Shown piece by piece: positions 38,600-49,798 of a stretch of DNA of 64,000 bases. Each line of letters opens with the position of its first letter. Positions within the stretch are counted from its first letter, which is position 1. Under the pieces are notes generated by a model that saw only the letters and a program-made list of their open reading frames with translations, searched no databases and was not told where the DNA came from. A program made the position numbers and the translations under genes. The stretch is from NCBI GenBank assembly GCA_048538235.1, contig JBLYPX010000001.1:521015-585014 (forward strand). The letters run 5' to 3'. This DNA is from Candidatus Komeilibacteria bacterium (GTDB taxonomy: Bacteria; Patescibacteriota; Patescibacteriia; UBA1558).

Positions 38600-39057
38600 T
38601 TTTTTGATTTCTTAATTAATGATGAGATTTCTTGATGAAATGATTTTACATCTGCAAATGTATAGTACACTGAGGCAAAACGTATATATGCAATCTTATC
38701 AAACTTCTTTAAATGCTTCACTACTATTTGTCCAATCTTTTCAGATGTGATTTCATCCCTTCTTGTCTTTTGAATATCTCTCTCAATCTTGTTTATTAAC
38801 TTTTTATATGCCTCTTTAGTATGAGGTCTCTTTTCCATGGCTGTCTTTAAACCTTTTTCTATCTTTTCTCTATTATATGTTTCTCTTCTACCATCTCTTT
38901 TGACAACCGTAATATTTAAAAGCTCCATTTCTTCAACAGTAGAAAAGCGAAAGTTACATTTTTGACATTCACGCCTTCTCCTGATGGCAAAACCATCTGA
39001 AATCATACGCGAATCTAATACTTTAGTATCCTGTTTTAAACAAATCGGACAATGCAT
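38596..39057 (-). CDS. nrdR: Transcriptional repressor NrdR
   Basis: CPIC..TKVLDSR, IRRRREC..C..RFST, ATP cone, AYIRFASVY. Confidence 0.97.
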   Translation of the reverse strand: MHCPICLKQDTKVLDSRMISDGFAIRRRRECQKCNFRFSTVEEMELLNITVVKRDGRRETYNREKIEKGLKTAMEKRPHTKEAYKKLINKIERDIQKTRRDEITSEKIGQIVVKHLKKFDKIAYIRFASVYYTFADVKSFHQEISSLIKKSKK

Positions 39058-40230
39058 TTAATTCATTTTCTTTCTAATGAAAGTAGGTATGTCCAATTCA
39101 TTATCTTCTTCTGGTTCTTCTTTCTTTGGTTCTTGTTTCTTCTTAAAAATTGTAGATTTCTGTTCTATCTTATCTGCTGCATTTTTATCATCTGATTCAT
39201 CTTTACTAAAAATTGGGTTTGGAGAGTAGCTTTTAACAGCACCAACATCTCCGCCTGATTTATTAGCATTAAAGCCTGTTGCAATAACTGTTATCTTTAA
39301 TTCATCATCCATTCTATCATCTATAACTGCACCAAATATAACTCTAGCATTTGGATCAAGAGCTGATGTAATAACCTCAGCTGCTTCATTAACCTCGTGC
39401 ATAGACAAACTAGGATCTCCAGTAATACTAAATAGTACACCTTTTGCTCCTTTGATAGACATTTCAAGTAATGGACTATCTATTGCTAGTTTAGCTGCAT
39501 CAACTGCTCTACTTTCACCACTTGCTCTACCAATACCCATTAAAGCGGAGCCGGCATCAAGCATAATAGATTTAACATCTGCAAAGTCTACATTAACAAG
39601 ACCTGGAATTGTGATTAATTCAGAAATGCCTTGTACGCCTTGTTTTAATACTTCGTCTACAATTGCAAAAGCATCTAGTAAGGATGTTTTTTTATCTATA
39701 ACCTGTAATAATCTGTCATTTGGTATAGTAATTATTGTATCCACCTTATCTGTTAAATTATCTAATGCTCTTTCTGCAATATTCTTTCTTTGTACGCCTT
39801 CAAAAGCAAATGGTTTTGTAACAACAGCAACGGTCAAAGCACCAATGTCTTTAGCCATTTCTGCAATAAGTGGAGCTGCTCCAGAACCAGTACCACCACC
39901 AAGACCACAAGTAATGAAAACCATGTCAGCATCTTGTAGATGCTTCTTTATATCTTCCTTGCTCTCCTCAGCAGCTTTAGCACCAACTTCAGGATCCATA
40001 CCAGCACCAAGACCACGTGTAGTCTCCCTACCTATATGTACTTTTTTATTGGCGTCAGTACTATTTAAAGCCTGGGCATCAGTATTCACGGAAATAAATT
40101 CAACACCACGAATACCAGCTTTAATCATACGATTAACAGCTGAGCCTCCAGAACCTCCAACGCCTATTACTTTTATTTTTGCAAACGTTTCAACGTCTGG
40201 TTTTATTTCCATTGATTTACTTTTTGCCAT
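39058..40230 (-). CDS. ftsZ: Cell division protein FtsZ
   Basis: GGGTGSG, NVDFAD, C-terminal LDIPTFIRK. Confidence 0.99.
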   Translation of the reverse strand: MAKSKSMEIKPDVETFAKIKVIGVGGSGGSAVNRMIKAGIRGVEFISVNTDAQALNSTDANKKVHIGRETTRGLGAGMDPEVGAKAAEESKEDIKKHLQDADMVFITCGLGGGTGSGAAPLIAEMAKDIGALTVAVVTKPFAFEGVQRKNIAERALDNLTDKVDTIITIPNDRLLQVIDKKTSLLDAFAIVDEVLKQGVQGISELITIPGLVNVDFADVKSIMLDAGSALMGIGRASGESRAVDAAKLAIDSPLLEMSIKGAKGVLFSITGDPSLSMHEVNEAAEVITSALDPNARVIFGAVIDDRMDDELKITVIATGFNANKSGGDVGAVKSYSPNPIFSKDESDDKNAADKIEQKSTIFKKKQEPKKEEPEEDNELDIPTFIRKKMN

Positions 40231-40254
40231 AGTTCTATATTAATATATTATAAT

Positions 40255-41499
40255 TTAAGGTAAAAATGATTGAAAAAGATCCTTCATCTTATCTACTGCC
40301 TTTTCTACAGAAGAAAAACTTCCTAATCTAAAGCCACCACGACTTCCTCCCTGCTGCATACCCCAAAGTGCTAAACCAATAGCCTGAGTATACTCAGTAT
40401 CGTTTACTTTATCTATTGTTGAATTTATCTCTAAAGGATAACCCAGGAAAACAGGTAAACTTAATTTCTTCTTAGCTAGATCTATAATACCTGGAAGTTT
40501 TGCTCCACCGCCTGTAATAACTAGCCCCGAAGGTAAAAGTCCATCTCTGTTAATAGATTTTAATTCTGCATTTATCATCTCAAATATTTCTTCGCATCTT
40601 GCCTGAGTAATTTCTGCAATATATTTCAATGAAACATTAGTACCAGCTTCTTCTGTATCTGTAATATCTGCCAAATCTATTTCATCTCTTTTTGGAACAT
40701 CCTTAGATATTGCATGAGCATATTCTAATTTTACAACCTCAGCTGTTGGTATAGATGTTCTTAAACCAATAGCTATATCATTAGTTATATGATTAGAACC
40801 TACTGGCAAAACCCTAGTATGTAAAATATTACCTTCTTCATAAACAACCATTGAAGTGGTGGCTGCTCCAAAATTAATTAAGCATACTCCCAACTCTTTC
40901 TGTTTCTTTGTCAAAACACTTTCACTATTAGCAAGTACAGAAAAGACTAGATCATTAATATCTACTCCTGTTCTATAAATAGCTTTTGTTAAGTGCCTAA
41001 TCTGATTAGTAGCTCCTAAGATTATCTGAGCATTAACTTCTAGACGAACACCAGTCATTCCAATAGGATCTTTAATATTTTGCTGATCATCTACTGTAAA
41101 ATCTTTAGGAATTATATGCAGTATCTCATAATTAGCAGGCACAGCTACGGCCTGAGCCGCTTCTAATACCCTATCTACATCTTCTTCTTGTATCTCACCA
41201 TTAGCCTTAGCTACAGCTATAACACCTTTACTATTTTGAGTAACAATATGTGGTCCAGATATACCAACAATTGCATTTTCAATAGGTGTACCAATCATTC
41301 TCTCTGCACTTTCTAAACATTCTGAAATACTAGACACAGCTTCTTCAATACTTTTAATGCTACCCTTGCTCATACCTTCCATTTCATTATCTGCAGCACC
41401 AATAATTTGCTGTGAGCCATCTGGCAAACGTTGCAAACTTACTACCCGAACACGGCTAGTACCTATATCTATACCTGTAACTATTTCTTGATATGACAT
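40255..41499 (-). CDS. ftsA: Cell division protein FtsA
   Basis: GIDIGT, PIGMTGVRLE, ITGGG, C-terminal amphipathic helix; upstream of ftsZ. Confidence 0.97.
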   Translation of the reverse strand: MSYQEIVTGIDIGTSRVRVVSLQRLPDGSQQIIGAADNEMEGMSKGSIKSIEEAVSSISECLESAERMIGTPIENAIVGISGPHIVTQNSKGVIAVAKANGEIQEEDVDRVLEAAQAVAVPANYEILHIIPKDFTVDDQQNIKDPIGMTGVRLEVNAQIILGATNQIRHLTKAIYRTGVDINDLVFSVLANSESVLTKKQKELGVCLINFGAATTSMVVYEEGNILHTRVLPVGSNHITNDIAIGLRTSIPTAEVVKLEYAHAISKDVPKRDEIDLADITDTEEAGTNVSLKYIAEITQARCEEIFEMINAELKSINRDGLLPSGLVITGGGAKLPGIIDLAKKKLSLPVFLGYPLEINSTIDKVNDTEYTQAIGLALWGMQQGGSRGGFRLGSFSSVEKAVDKMKDLFQSFLP

Positions 41500-41529
41500 T
41501 TAGCTTATTTTTTTCTTTCTAATATAAAA

Positions 41530-41558
41530 ATTATAACAAAATAAGGGCATTCTATCAA
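41530..41558 (-). promoter_or_regulatory. Putative ftsA promoter
   Basis: TTGATA-17 nt-TATAAT with extended -10 TG. Confidence 0.65.
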
Positions 41559-41613
41559 TAAAAAAATTGTCCGCTAGCGAACAATTAATTTGTTCTTTAA
41601 ATTTAAACCCTAT

Positions 41614-42648
41614 TTATTCAATTAAAGGCTTAGAAATATCCTCTAATTCAACATCATTACCCTTTCCGGTAATTTTTAGGACATCTTTATCTATTTTCTT
41701 AAATTCTTTGCTACTTGTATTAAAAGTATTAACCACTGTTCCTAGTTGTGTACCAACTTTTTCATGATATGACTGATAAGCAGCTAAATGCTTTTCTAAT
41801 TTTTCTACATTTGCTCTAATCTCCTTTGTTGATTCTTCAATTTGTAGAGCTCTTAAACCCTGCAATACAGTTTGTAAATATGCTGCAAAAGTTGTTGGTG
41901 AAACAATAATAACTTTCTTATCATTAAAAGCATAATCTAATAAACTTCTAGTATTCACCTTAATAGCACCAACTTCATTAACAAGTAAATCATAATATAT
42001 ACCCTCTGCTGGTATGAACATAAAAGCAAACTCTAGTGTATCCTCTGAAGGTCTAATATATTTAGCAGTTTCATCAATTCTTTTCTTTAAATCGCTCTTA
42101 AACTCCTTTTCCAACTCCATCTTTTTCTTTTCATCTGTCTCGTCTAGTATTCTTTGGTAATTAGTTAGAGAAAACTTTGCATCAACAGGTAAAACCTTGT
42201 CCTTAATTTTTACAACTGCATCAACAGACTCTCCACTCTTAAAATGATACTGCATTTCATAAGACTGAGGTGGTAATATATTACTTAAGATAAGCTCTAA
42301 ATTACTCTCACCTAAAGCGCCTCTAGTTTTTGAATTCGTTAATACCTTTTCTAAGTTCTTTAGCTGATCAGTAAAACCAACCACCTTCTCATTTGTATTA
42401 ACAACCTTAGATAACTCCTCAGTAACATTTTTAACAATTTTGTGAGTCTCTCCAAACTGAGCCTGCAATACTTTATTTGACTCACCAAGACCAGATTCTA
42501 ATGATCTCTTCATTTCATTCAGTTGATTCTGTAGCATTATTAAAGCATTGTCCTGACTTAAATCAGTCTTACTTTTAGTTAAACGCCAAAACAGCAGAAT
42601 AAATCCACCAATCATTACTATTAATATTATTATGAATTCTAACCACAT
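41614..42648 (-). CDS. rmuC: DNA recombination protein RmuC
   Basis: RGALGE, PVDAKF, KYI, FMFIPAE, VSPTT. Confidence 0.92.
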   Translation of the reverse strand: MWLEFIIILIVMIGGFILLFWRLTKSKTDLSQDNALIMLQNQLNEMKRSLESGLGESNKVLQAQFGETHKIVKNVTEELSKVVNTNEKVVGFTDQLKNLEKVLTNSKTRGALGESNLELILSNILPPQSYEMQYHFKSGESVDAVVKIKDKVLPVDAKFSLTNYQRILDETDEKKKMELEKEFKSDLKKRIDETAKYIRPSEDTLEFAFMFIPAEGIYYDLLVNEVGAIKVNTRSLLDYAFNDKKVIIVSPTTFAAYLQTVLQGLRALQIEESTKEIRANVEKLEKHLAAYQSYHEKVGTQLGTVVNTFNTSSKEFKKIDKDVLKITGKGNDVELEDISKPLIE

Positions 42649-42649
42649 A

Positions 42650-43450
42650 TTAATTTAAGTTAAACAAATTAATACTATTTTGTCCAGTCTTCTTAACAAC
42701 ATCATCATAACTCATATTTTTTAGCTCTGCAATCTTCCTAGCAACAAATTCTACATTAACCGGTTCATTACGCTCACCTCTATACGGCTCTGGAGAAAGA
42801 TAAGGTGCGTCTGTTTCAATTAATAGCTTATCCATAGGCACCATCTTAGCTATTTCTTGTAATTCCTCTGCTTTCTTTTTAAAAGTTACAATGCCTGTAA
42901 AACCAATATGAAAACCTTGTTCTAAAAAAGCTTTAGCTTCTTCCATATTACCACCATAGCAATGAATCATCCCATTATGACAGTCCTGCTCTTTTAACAC
43001 CTCTAATATGTCCAAATATGCCCTCTCACCGTTCTTTCCGTTCCTACCATGAAGCATTAGTGGTAAATTGTTCTTTTTGGCAAATTCAATGTGTTTTACA
43101 AACACTTCCTTTTGTTTAGCCTTAATCTCTTCAAAGCTTTTACTAGATTCTTTAAGGTAAAAATAGTCAAAACCGCATTCACCCACAGCGACTACTCTTT
43201 TCTTACCATCTATTAATTTCTGGTATTGATCTATATTAAATTCTTCGTCATAAACATGGATAGGGTGCAGACCAACAGTAGCGTATAGAAAGTCATGCTT
43301 CTGTGCAAGATCTACTGTAAACTCTGAAGTTGCATACTGTGCACCAACATTAATAACTTTCATGTCCTTATCATGACAACGCTTAATTACATCTTCCCTA
43401 TCCTCATGATAAGCCTCAAAATCTATATGTGCATGTGAATCAATTAACAT
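42650..43450 (-). CDS. TatD-family hydrolase
   Basis: IDSHAH, GLHP, GECGFD, HCY, ETDAPY. Confidence 0.95.
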   Translation of the reverse strand: MLIDSHAHIDFEAYHEDREDVIKRCHDKDMKVINVGAQYATSEFTVDLAQKHDFLYATVGLHPIHVYDEEFNIDQYQKLIDGKKRVVAVGECGFDYFYLKESSKSFEEIKAKQKEVFVKHIEFAKKNNLPLMLHGRNGKNGERAYLDILEVLKEQDCHNGMIHCYGGNMEEAKAFLEQGFHIGFTGIVTFKKKAEELQEIAKMVPMDKLLIETDAPYLSPEPYRGERNEPVNVEFVARKIAELKNMSYDDVVKKTGQNSINLFNLN

Positions 43451-43779
43451 TTATCTAACTCAGTTACTATTCTACGCATCATAACAAACGCAAATGCCCA
43501 AAGTATTGGAAGCCACATAGGCATTAAACCAAACAAACTATCTCTTACAAAATGTTCTACGCCCGTACTGACAAACAAAATTTCAGACAATGTCATACCT
43601 ATTAAACCAAAAAGTAAAAATAGATAATCCTTTTTTACATAATCTACAATAAGATATATTCCAATTAAGACAATATATATTAAAGATAGAATATAGTCAT
43701 TCTTAAAAATAGGTATTAATAAAACAAAAAATACAATTAATAACAAATATATAAATATTTTTAAGGCTGGTTTTTTCAT
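43444..43779 (-). CDS. Hypothetical membrane protein
   Basis: 111 aa hydrophobic ORF, PMWLPILW; overlaps both neighbours. Confidence 0.75.
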   Translation of the reverse strand: MKKPALKIFIYLLLIVFFVLLIPIFKNDYILSLIYIVLIGIYLIVDYVKKDYLFLLFGLIGMTLSEILFVSTGVEHFVRDSLFGLMPMWLPILWAFAFVMMRRIVTELDKC

Positions 43780-44768
43780 AAACTATTTTTTTCTCTTGCT
43801 ATAGATTGCATATCTACAACATCGTCTGTTTCATCAACTATTTCTTGTTTTAAAATTTCTTCCAAAATATCTTCTAAAGTAACCACACCCTCAAAGCCAC
43901 CGTACTCGTCTTTTACAAAAGCCATGTGTGCTTTTGAATCTATGAAAGTGTTTAATAGTTGATCTAAATGAGTACCTCTGCTAACAATTATAACCCTTTC
44001 TTCTTTATACAAATCTGCTACTGTTTTATTATCTTTCAAATAAACCAGATCCTTCATGTATAGAAGTCCTTTTACATTGTCTATATTATTCTCATAAACA
44101 GGTACCCTGGTAAACCCCTCTTCTTTTATTAATTTTAGAGTTTTTTCATCTAAAGGTGTTTGCATTTCTATGCCAAAAACTACTGTTCTTGGAGTCATTA
44201 CCTGTTCAACTGTACGATTGCTAAAAGTTAGAGCACCCCTCACTATTCTTTCTTCATCCTCATCTACATCGCTATCTATTGACTCCTTATGTTCTTCAAT
44301 TATTTTAGATAATTCTTTCTTTGAATAAATAGTTGGCATTTCCTCACCCAATGACTTATCTAATACCCAACCAATTGGCCAACATATTGGAGATAAAATA
44401 ATCATAAATATTCTAACCAGCCAAGCTGTTCTAGCACCAACTATTAAAGCATACCTTGAAAATGTAGCTTGTGGAATTATTTCTCCAAAAATTACAATTA
44501 AACCAGTAGCTATTATACCAGCTGTGAATCCACTAGCTATATCTCCTAAAAAAATAGCTAAAGTTGAATTAACTGCTACATTACCAAGCAATAGTGTGGC
44601 TAATAAAAAATTACCTCGTTTTCGTACAGGATAAACTTTTTTAGCATCTTTATCTCCTAAAGATATTTTTCTTTCTAATTCACTCCTATCTAAACTCAAA
44701 AGTCCTAATGTTAATCCTGAAAATAGTCCAGATAATAGCACCAGAGCAATTACAATTAAATATGTCAT
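43776..44768 (-). CDS. CNNM (DUF21) plus CBS-domain protein, CorB-like
   Basis: SGLFSGLTLGL, LLLGN, FGEIIPQ, VMTPR, TRVPVY, TLEDILEE. Confidence 0.93.
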   Translation of the reverse strand: MTYLIVIALVLLSGLFSGLTLGLLSLDRSELERKISLGDKDAKKVYPVRKRGNFLLATLLLGNVAVNSTLAIFLGDIASGFTAGIIATGLIVIFGEIIPQATFSRYALIVGARTAWLVRIFMIILSPICWPIGWVLDKSLGEEMPTIYSKKELSKIIEEHKESIDSDVDEDEERIVRGALTFSNRTVEQVMTPRTVVFGIEMQTPLDEKTLKLIKEEGFTRVPVYENNIDNVKGLLYMKDLVYLKDNKTVADLYKEERVIIVSRGTHLDQLLNTFIDSKAHMAFVKDEYGGFEGVVTLEDILEEILKQEIVDETDDVVDMQSIAREKNSL

Positions 44769-44771
44769 AGA

Positions 44772-45287
44772 TTAAAAGATAAATCCTCTAACAGCCTCTA
44801 ATGAATCTGGAATAAATGGTCCAATAATATTAGACAAACCAATAAAAAAGTGAGCCCATTCAGAACCAACGATAAACTCATCTAGCATTGCTGAAAATGG
44901 AAATAGATAAGCTATATACAATACAACAGATATTACTAATACGCCTTCTACTACCCCCAAAACAGCTCCACCTAAACGGTTAATACTTTTAAGTCCAGGA
45001 ATGATAGCAACAGCATTAAATACTTTATCTAGAGAATAAAATATTAAACCAACAAGTTGTGATGAAATACCAAATAATACAATAAAACCAATAGCGTTTT
45101 GAAGCATATCACTACCAAAAGATATTTTAGCAAAGTAAGCTGCTACTTCTGTATAATATTGACCAGCAATAAAAGCACCAATAAAAATACCAGCAATACG
45201 TCCAACTACTGAAATAAGTCCTGACTTCCAGCCATAAACCAAGAAAGCTGCTAAGAATAAAATGATAATAAGATCTGCAATAACCAT
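44772..45287 (-). CDS. CvpA-family membrane protein
   Basis: N-terminal D...G...G pattern and INRLGGAVLG. Confidence 0.88.
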   Translation of the reverse strand: MVIADLIIILFLAAFLVYGWKSGLISVVGRIAGIFIGAFIAGQYYTEVAAYFAKISFGSDMLQNAIGFIVLFGISSQLVGLIFYSLDKVFNAVAIIPGLKSINRLGGAVLGVVEGVLVISVVLYIAYLFPFSAMLDEFIVGSEWAHFFIGLSNIIGPFIPDSLEAVRGFIF

Positions 45288-45296
45288 ATATTTAAA

Positions 45297-46814
45297 TTAA
45301 TTTTCTAATCTAGGAAATAAAGGTGGAGCTTTTTTAATCTCATCTGCCTCTAATATATCTAAAACCTGCTGAGCAATGGTGGGCATAAATGGTAATAAAG
45401 CTTTAGAAATCACATATATCTCGCCAGCGCAATAGCTTAGGAAATTCTGCAATGCATCAAAATTAACATCCTTACTCATCGTCCATGGTTTATAATCATT
45501 TATCTGCCTATCCAACTCACGCAGACGTAAAGATATATCCTTAATCACATTATCAAATCTATATTCTTGATACTTTTCATCAATCCCTCTAAACCAGTCA
45601 TCGTTGTGCACGCTCATCTTTTTACTATCTTTCCCATACTCGCCTACTTCACCAACATTTCTACTATTATAAAAGTCAATGTCAAACTTCAACTCATTCT
45701 TTTCAATTAAAGTTGTAACTCTAGCTACTGCATTACCATAACCATTAGCAAGGTCTGCATTATATCTTTCTACAAAATGATCTTCACGGATATCTGCTTC
45801 TTGTCCAAAAGGAAACTGAGATAAAAGTAAATATCTTGAAGCGTCTACACCATACTTATCTACTAATTCCTGTGGTTTTATTACATTACCTATTGTTTTA
45901 CTCATCTTCTCACCATTGATAGTAAAGAAACCATGAATAAATAATGTCTTAGGTAGCTCATTCTCGTTAAAACCCAAAGCTAATAAGAAGGCTGGCCAAT
46001 AAATAGCATGAAACTTTAATATATCTTGAGCAAGTAAATGTAAATCTGCTGGCCAATATTTATTAAAATTATCTAAATTGTCTGGATAGCCAAGAGCTGT
46101 AATATAGTTAGATAAAGCATCTACCCATACATATGAAACTTGAGTATTATCGAAAGGTAAATCTACTCCCCAGGCAACACTTGTTTTTTGACGAGACACT
46201 GAAAAATCTTTCATTACTCCGTCCTTTAATAAAGATAGTACTTCATTCTTACGTGTAACTGGTAAAATCTCTATCTCATCCTTTTCAATCAACTCCTGTA
46301 CTTTAGGTAAAAACTGTTCTAATTTAAAAAACCAATTCTTTTCTTTTAAAATCTCTGGTTCTCTTTTATGGTCTGGACATTTATTATCTACCAAATCTTT
46401 ATCACTTAAGAACTTTTCACAACCAACACAGTATAATCCTTCGTACTCTTTTTCTTCTAAAAGACCTTTATCATAAAAAGTTTGAAATATTTTACTAACA
46501 GCCGCTTTATGATCTTTATTGGTGGTACGAATAAAATAGTCATTAGAAATATTTAAAGATTCCCAAGCTGAAACAAACTTAGCCGCTGTTTGATCACAAA
46601 ACTCTTGCGTATCTATGCCTTTAGCCTTTGCACTTTCAGCAATCTTAGCACCATGTTCATCTGTTCCTGTTAAATAAAAAACATCGTCACCCTTTTGTCT
46701 GTGATAACGTGCTAATACATCACCTACTACAGTAGTGTAGGCATGACCAATATGTGGCTCATCATTTACATAATATATTGGTGTTGTTATATAGAATTTA
46801 TTTTCTTTTTCCAT
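45297..46814 (-). CDS. metG: Methionyl-tRNA synthetase (short monomeric form)
   Basis: TPIYYVN.PHIGH, TGTDEHG, YVWVDAL, KMSKT. Confidence 0.97.
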   Translation of the reverse strand: MEKENKFYITTPIYYVNDEPHIGHAYTTVVGDVLARYHRQKGDDVFYLTGTDEHGAKIAESAKAKGIDTQEFCDQTAAKFVSAWESLNISNDYFIRTTNKDHKAAVSKIFQTFYDKGLLEEKEYEGLYCVGCEKFLSDKDLVDNKCPDHKREPEILKEKNWFFKLEQFLPKVQELIEKDEIEILPVTRKNEVLSLLKDGVMKDFSVSRQKTSVAWGVDLPFDNTQVSYVWVDALSNYITALGYPDNLDNFNKYWPADLHLLAQDILKFHAIYWPAFLLALGFNENELPKTLFIHGFFTINGEKMSKTIGNVIKPQELVDKYGVDASRYLLLSQFPFGQEADIREDHFVERYNADLANGYGNAVARVTTLIEKNELKFDIDFYNSRNVGEVGEYGKDSKKMSVHNDDWFRGIDEKYQEYRFDNVIKDISLRLRELDRQINDYKPWTMSKDVNFDALQNFLSYCAGEIYVISKALLPFMPTIAQQVLDILEADEIKKAPPLFPRLEN

Positions 46815-47493
46815 TTTTCTCAATTATTATTACAAATTCCCCCTTAACTGTATCCTCCTGTAATTGTTTTAATACTTGTTCAGCTCTACCCCTGTATATA
46901 CTTTCAAATTTCTTTGTTAATTCTCTTGCTACTACAATCTTTCTATTCTCTATACCAAACTCTATTAATTGTTTTAATAACTTCTCTATTCTATGAACAG
47001 ATTCATAAAGGACAGAAGTAACTTTAGAATCAATAATCTCTTCTAATTTTGTTTGTCTACCTTTCTTATGTGGCAGAAAGCCATAGAAATGGAATTCGTC
47101 TACTTGCATGCCAGCGACACTTAAAGCAGTAGCAACAGCACTTGGCCCAGGAATGGGTATAACTTTAATATCCTTATCTAAAACCTCAGCTATTAATTTA
47201 CCTCCCGGGTCAGATATACCAGGCGTACCAGCATCTGTCACAAGGGCAATATTATTTCCATTTTCAAGTAAGGATATTATTTTATTAACTTGGGACAATC
47301 TACTGTGCTGAAAATATGTTAACAAAGAAGTAGATATGTCGTATGAAGTTAATAATTTACTTGTTACCCTTGTATCTTCACAAGCTATATAATCTACAGT
47401 TTCTAAAACCTCTAAAGCTCTAGCAGATATATCTGCTAAATTACCAATTGGTGTTGCAACAACAAATAGCGTTCCTGTATTATTCAGTGGCAT
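46798..47493 (-). CDS. rsmI: 16S rRNA (cytidine1402-2'-O)-methyltransferase
   Basis: VATPIGNL, CEDTR, DAGTPGISDPG, RELTK. Confidence 0.96.
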   Translation of the reverse strand: MPLNNTGTLFVVATPIGNLADISARALEVLETVDYIACEDTRVTSKLLTSYDISTSLLTYFQHSRLSQVNKIISLLENGNNIALVTDAGTPGISDPGGKLIAEVLDKDIKVIPIPGPSAVATALSVAGMQVDEFHFYGFLPHKKGRQTKLEEIIDSKVTSVLYESVHRIEKLLKQLIEFGIENRKIVVARELTKKFESIYRGRAEQVLKQLQEDTVKGEFVIIIEKNGKRK

Positions 47494-48517
47494 CTATTTT
47501 TTTATCTACAAAGTCTTCCAAGAATACAGAAATAGCAGTTGCTACTGGTACGGCTAGTATCATACCAAGAACTCCGCCCATTTTACCACCAACGAGTAAA
47601 ACAATAATAACTAGTAGTGGGTTAATACCAACCGATTTACTCATTACCTTTGGAACAATAATATTATTCTCAATCTGTTGTATAACTACAAATAGTATTA
47701 ACACAAGTAATGCCTTTAGCGGAGACTGTGCAAAAGCTAAAAATACTGCAGGTACAGCACCCAAAAATGGCCCTAAATATGGTATAACCTCAAAGATACC
47801 GGCAATTAAAGCAAGTAATAGCGCATATTCTACTCCTAATACTGTTAAACCAATAAAGGTTAATACAAAGATAATAATAGATAATATTAACTGACCTCTT
47901 AACCAGAAACCCAATCTTCTTTGAATACGAGTCATTAATTGCAATACATATGGTTGGTAATGAGTTGGTGTCATAGACTTCAAAAACCTTCTCAAACCTT
48001 CCTCTTCAACAGTAAAGTAAAAAGTAATAACAAGTACCAAGAAGAAAGAAACAATACCGCCAAATACATCAAGTAATGTATTAAAAGCTCCTGAAGCTGC
48101 TTTAGTAAGGCCAGCTGTTGCTGAATTTAAACCACCCTGTATTTGATCAACTACTTCTAAATCTGTTCTATTAATAGTAAAATAATTCAATCCATTCACC
48201 ACCTTTTCATAATATGTAGGAAAATCATTAGCTATTAATTTAACCTCAGTAGCAATTGGAGGAATAATTAAAATAACAGCAGAAGCTATAATAAGAAACA
48301 ACAATAGGTAAACTAAAATAATACCCATACCTCTTGGTATTCTAAATTTCTTAAGCCAATCTACAAATGGATCAAGCGCTGATGCTAAAATTAGCGCTAC
48401 GAAAATTAAAGCAATAGCTTCTCTAACCAGCCAAAAGAAGGCAACCAAAAGAAAGAAGATTAAAATCTTCACAAAGGTTTGTGTAGAAATATTGATTGTA
48501 TATCTTACATCTTTCAT
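47480..48517 (-). CDS. AI-2E family transporter
   Basis: WLRGQ, IPYLGP, QQIENN..PKVM, LAVP. Confidence 0.93.
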   Translation of the reverse strand: MKDVRYTINISTQTFVKILIFFLLVAFFWLVREAIALIFVALILASALDPFVDWLKKFRIPRGMGIILVYLLLFLIIASAVILIIPPIATEVKLIANDFPTYYEKVVNGLNYFTINRTDLEVVDQIQGGLNSATAGLTKAASGAFNTLLDVFGGIVSFFLVLVITFYFTVEEEGLRRFLKSMTPTHYQPYVLQLMTRIQRRLGFWLRGQLILSIIIFVLTFIGLTVLGVEYALLLALIAGIFEVIPYLGPFLGAVPAVFLAFAQSPLKALLVLILFVVIQQIENNIIVPKVMSKSVGINPLLVIIVLLVGGKMGGVLGMILAVPVATAISVFLEDFVDKKIDATE

Positions 48518-49791
48518 ATTTTTTGTTGTTTAATAAGTTTATTAAAATATATTGAATCTTTATATGGTCCTATTACTGCTAAATTAAGTTTATCTTGAGT
48601 AAAAATCTTTTTAGCTAACTCTTGTATTTCTTTAGCTGTTACTTTATCTATATCTTTTTGAATTTGTTCAATAGTTCTAGCTTTATTAAAGTCTACCAAC
48701 TGTCTAGATAGCCAGTATACATAACTGAAAGAATCTTCTAGGCCTAAAATCATTTTACCTTTTACATATTCTTTTGCTTTATTAAGTTCTTCATCTAAAA
48801 CAGGTAATTTCTTTAATTTATTTAATTCTTTAACTATTAATTTATATGCTAATGCTACTTTATCTTTCTTAAGCCCAGCTTGAATATAGAATAATCCAGT
48901 ATCTACATGTTCATCTATGCCCGCTCTAATGCTATATGCTAGTCCATATCTTTCTCTAACATTTATGAACAACCTTGATGACATATTACCACCCAAGATA
49001 GTAGATAGTAACAACTGTGAAATATAATCCTTATCTTCTCTGCCAAGTCCTGCAAAACCCATAGCAAGTTGTGTTTGAGCTGTTTGCTGATACTGTACTT
49101 TTATTCTAGCTTCTTTTTGCTTGTCTTTATATGGATTAATAATATGATCTTGTTTCTTACCAAATCTTTTACCAAAATATTTAACAATTAGTTTGTTTAA
49201 CTTAGCAGGAGAATAATTACCACCAACACCAACAATCATATTATCTGCTCTGTAGTATTCATCTCTATACTTAAGTATTTCTTTGCGACTAATTTTCTTA
49301 ATAACGCTTTCTGGTCCTGCAATTTCTCTAGCTAACTCATGGCCTTTAAAAGATATCTGTTCCAATAAATCCCCAATATACATTGACGGATTATCTCTAT
49401 ACATTCTTATCTCTTCAATAATAACTCCCCTTTCTCTATTTATCTCTTTTGCCTCAAATTTAGAATTGAAAAGCATGTCAGATAGAATATCGAAAGCTAA
49501 ATCAATGTGTTGCTTAGCAACCTTAATATAATAACCAGTATAGTCTTTACTTGTAAAAGCATTAAACTGAGCACCGACTTTATCTAATTCCTGACTAATT
49601 GCATCAGTATTTGGTCTTTTTTTGGTTCCTTTAAAATATAAATGTTCAATAAAGTGTGAAACTCCATTATTAGCTCTATTTTCAAACCTTGAACCTACTT
49701 TAAACATTACAAGTAATGTTACAGCATCGGTTTCTTTTCTGGGTGCCAAAATAAGCTTGGCATTATTACTTAACTCTTTAATTTTAAACAC
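48514..49791 (-). CDS. M16-family zinc peptidase
   Basis: GVSHFIEH (HxxEH), NAFTS, GGNMSSRLF, RERYGLAY; GTG start. Confidence 0.95.
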   Translation of the reverse strand: MFKIKELSNNAKLILAPRKETDAVTLLVMFKVGSRFENRANNGVSHFIEHLYFKGTKKRPNTDAISQELDKVGAQFNAFTSKDYTGYYIKVAKQHIDLAFDILSDMLFNSKFEAKEINRERGVIIEEIRMYRDNPSMYIGDLLEQISFKGHELAREIAGPESVIKKISRKEILKYRDEYYRADNMIVGVGGNYSPAKLNKLIVKYFGKRFGKKQDHIINPYKDKQKEARIKVQYQQTAQTQLAMGFAGLGREDKDYISQLLLSTILGGNMSSRLFINVRERYGLAYSIRAGIDEHVDTGLFYIQAGLKKDKVALAYKLIVKELNKLKKLPVLDEELNKAKEYVKGKMILGLEDSFSYVYWLSRQLVDFNKARTIEQIQKDIDKVTAKEIQELAKKIFTQDKLNLAVIGPYKDSIYFNKLIKQQKI

Positions 49792-49798
49792 TTTGTTT

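Noticed and set aside
39452-40243. 263-aa + strand ORF, and similar antisense ORFs over the ATPase, tuf, fusA, glyQS and ileS
   Set aside because: They mirror conserved genes on the opposite strand and show no independent motifs.
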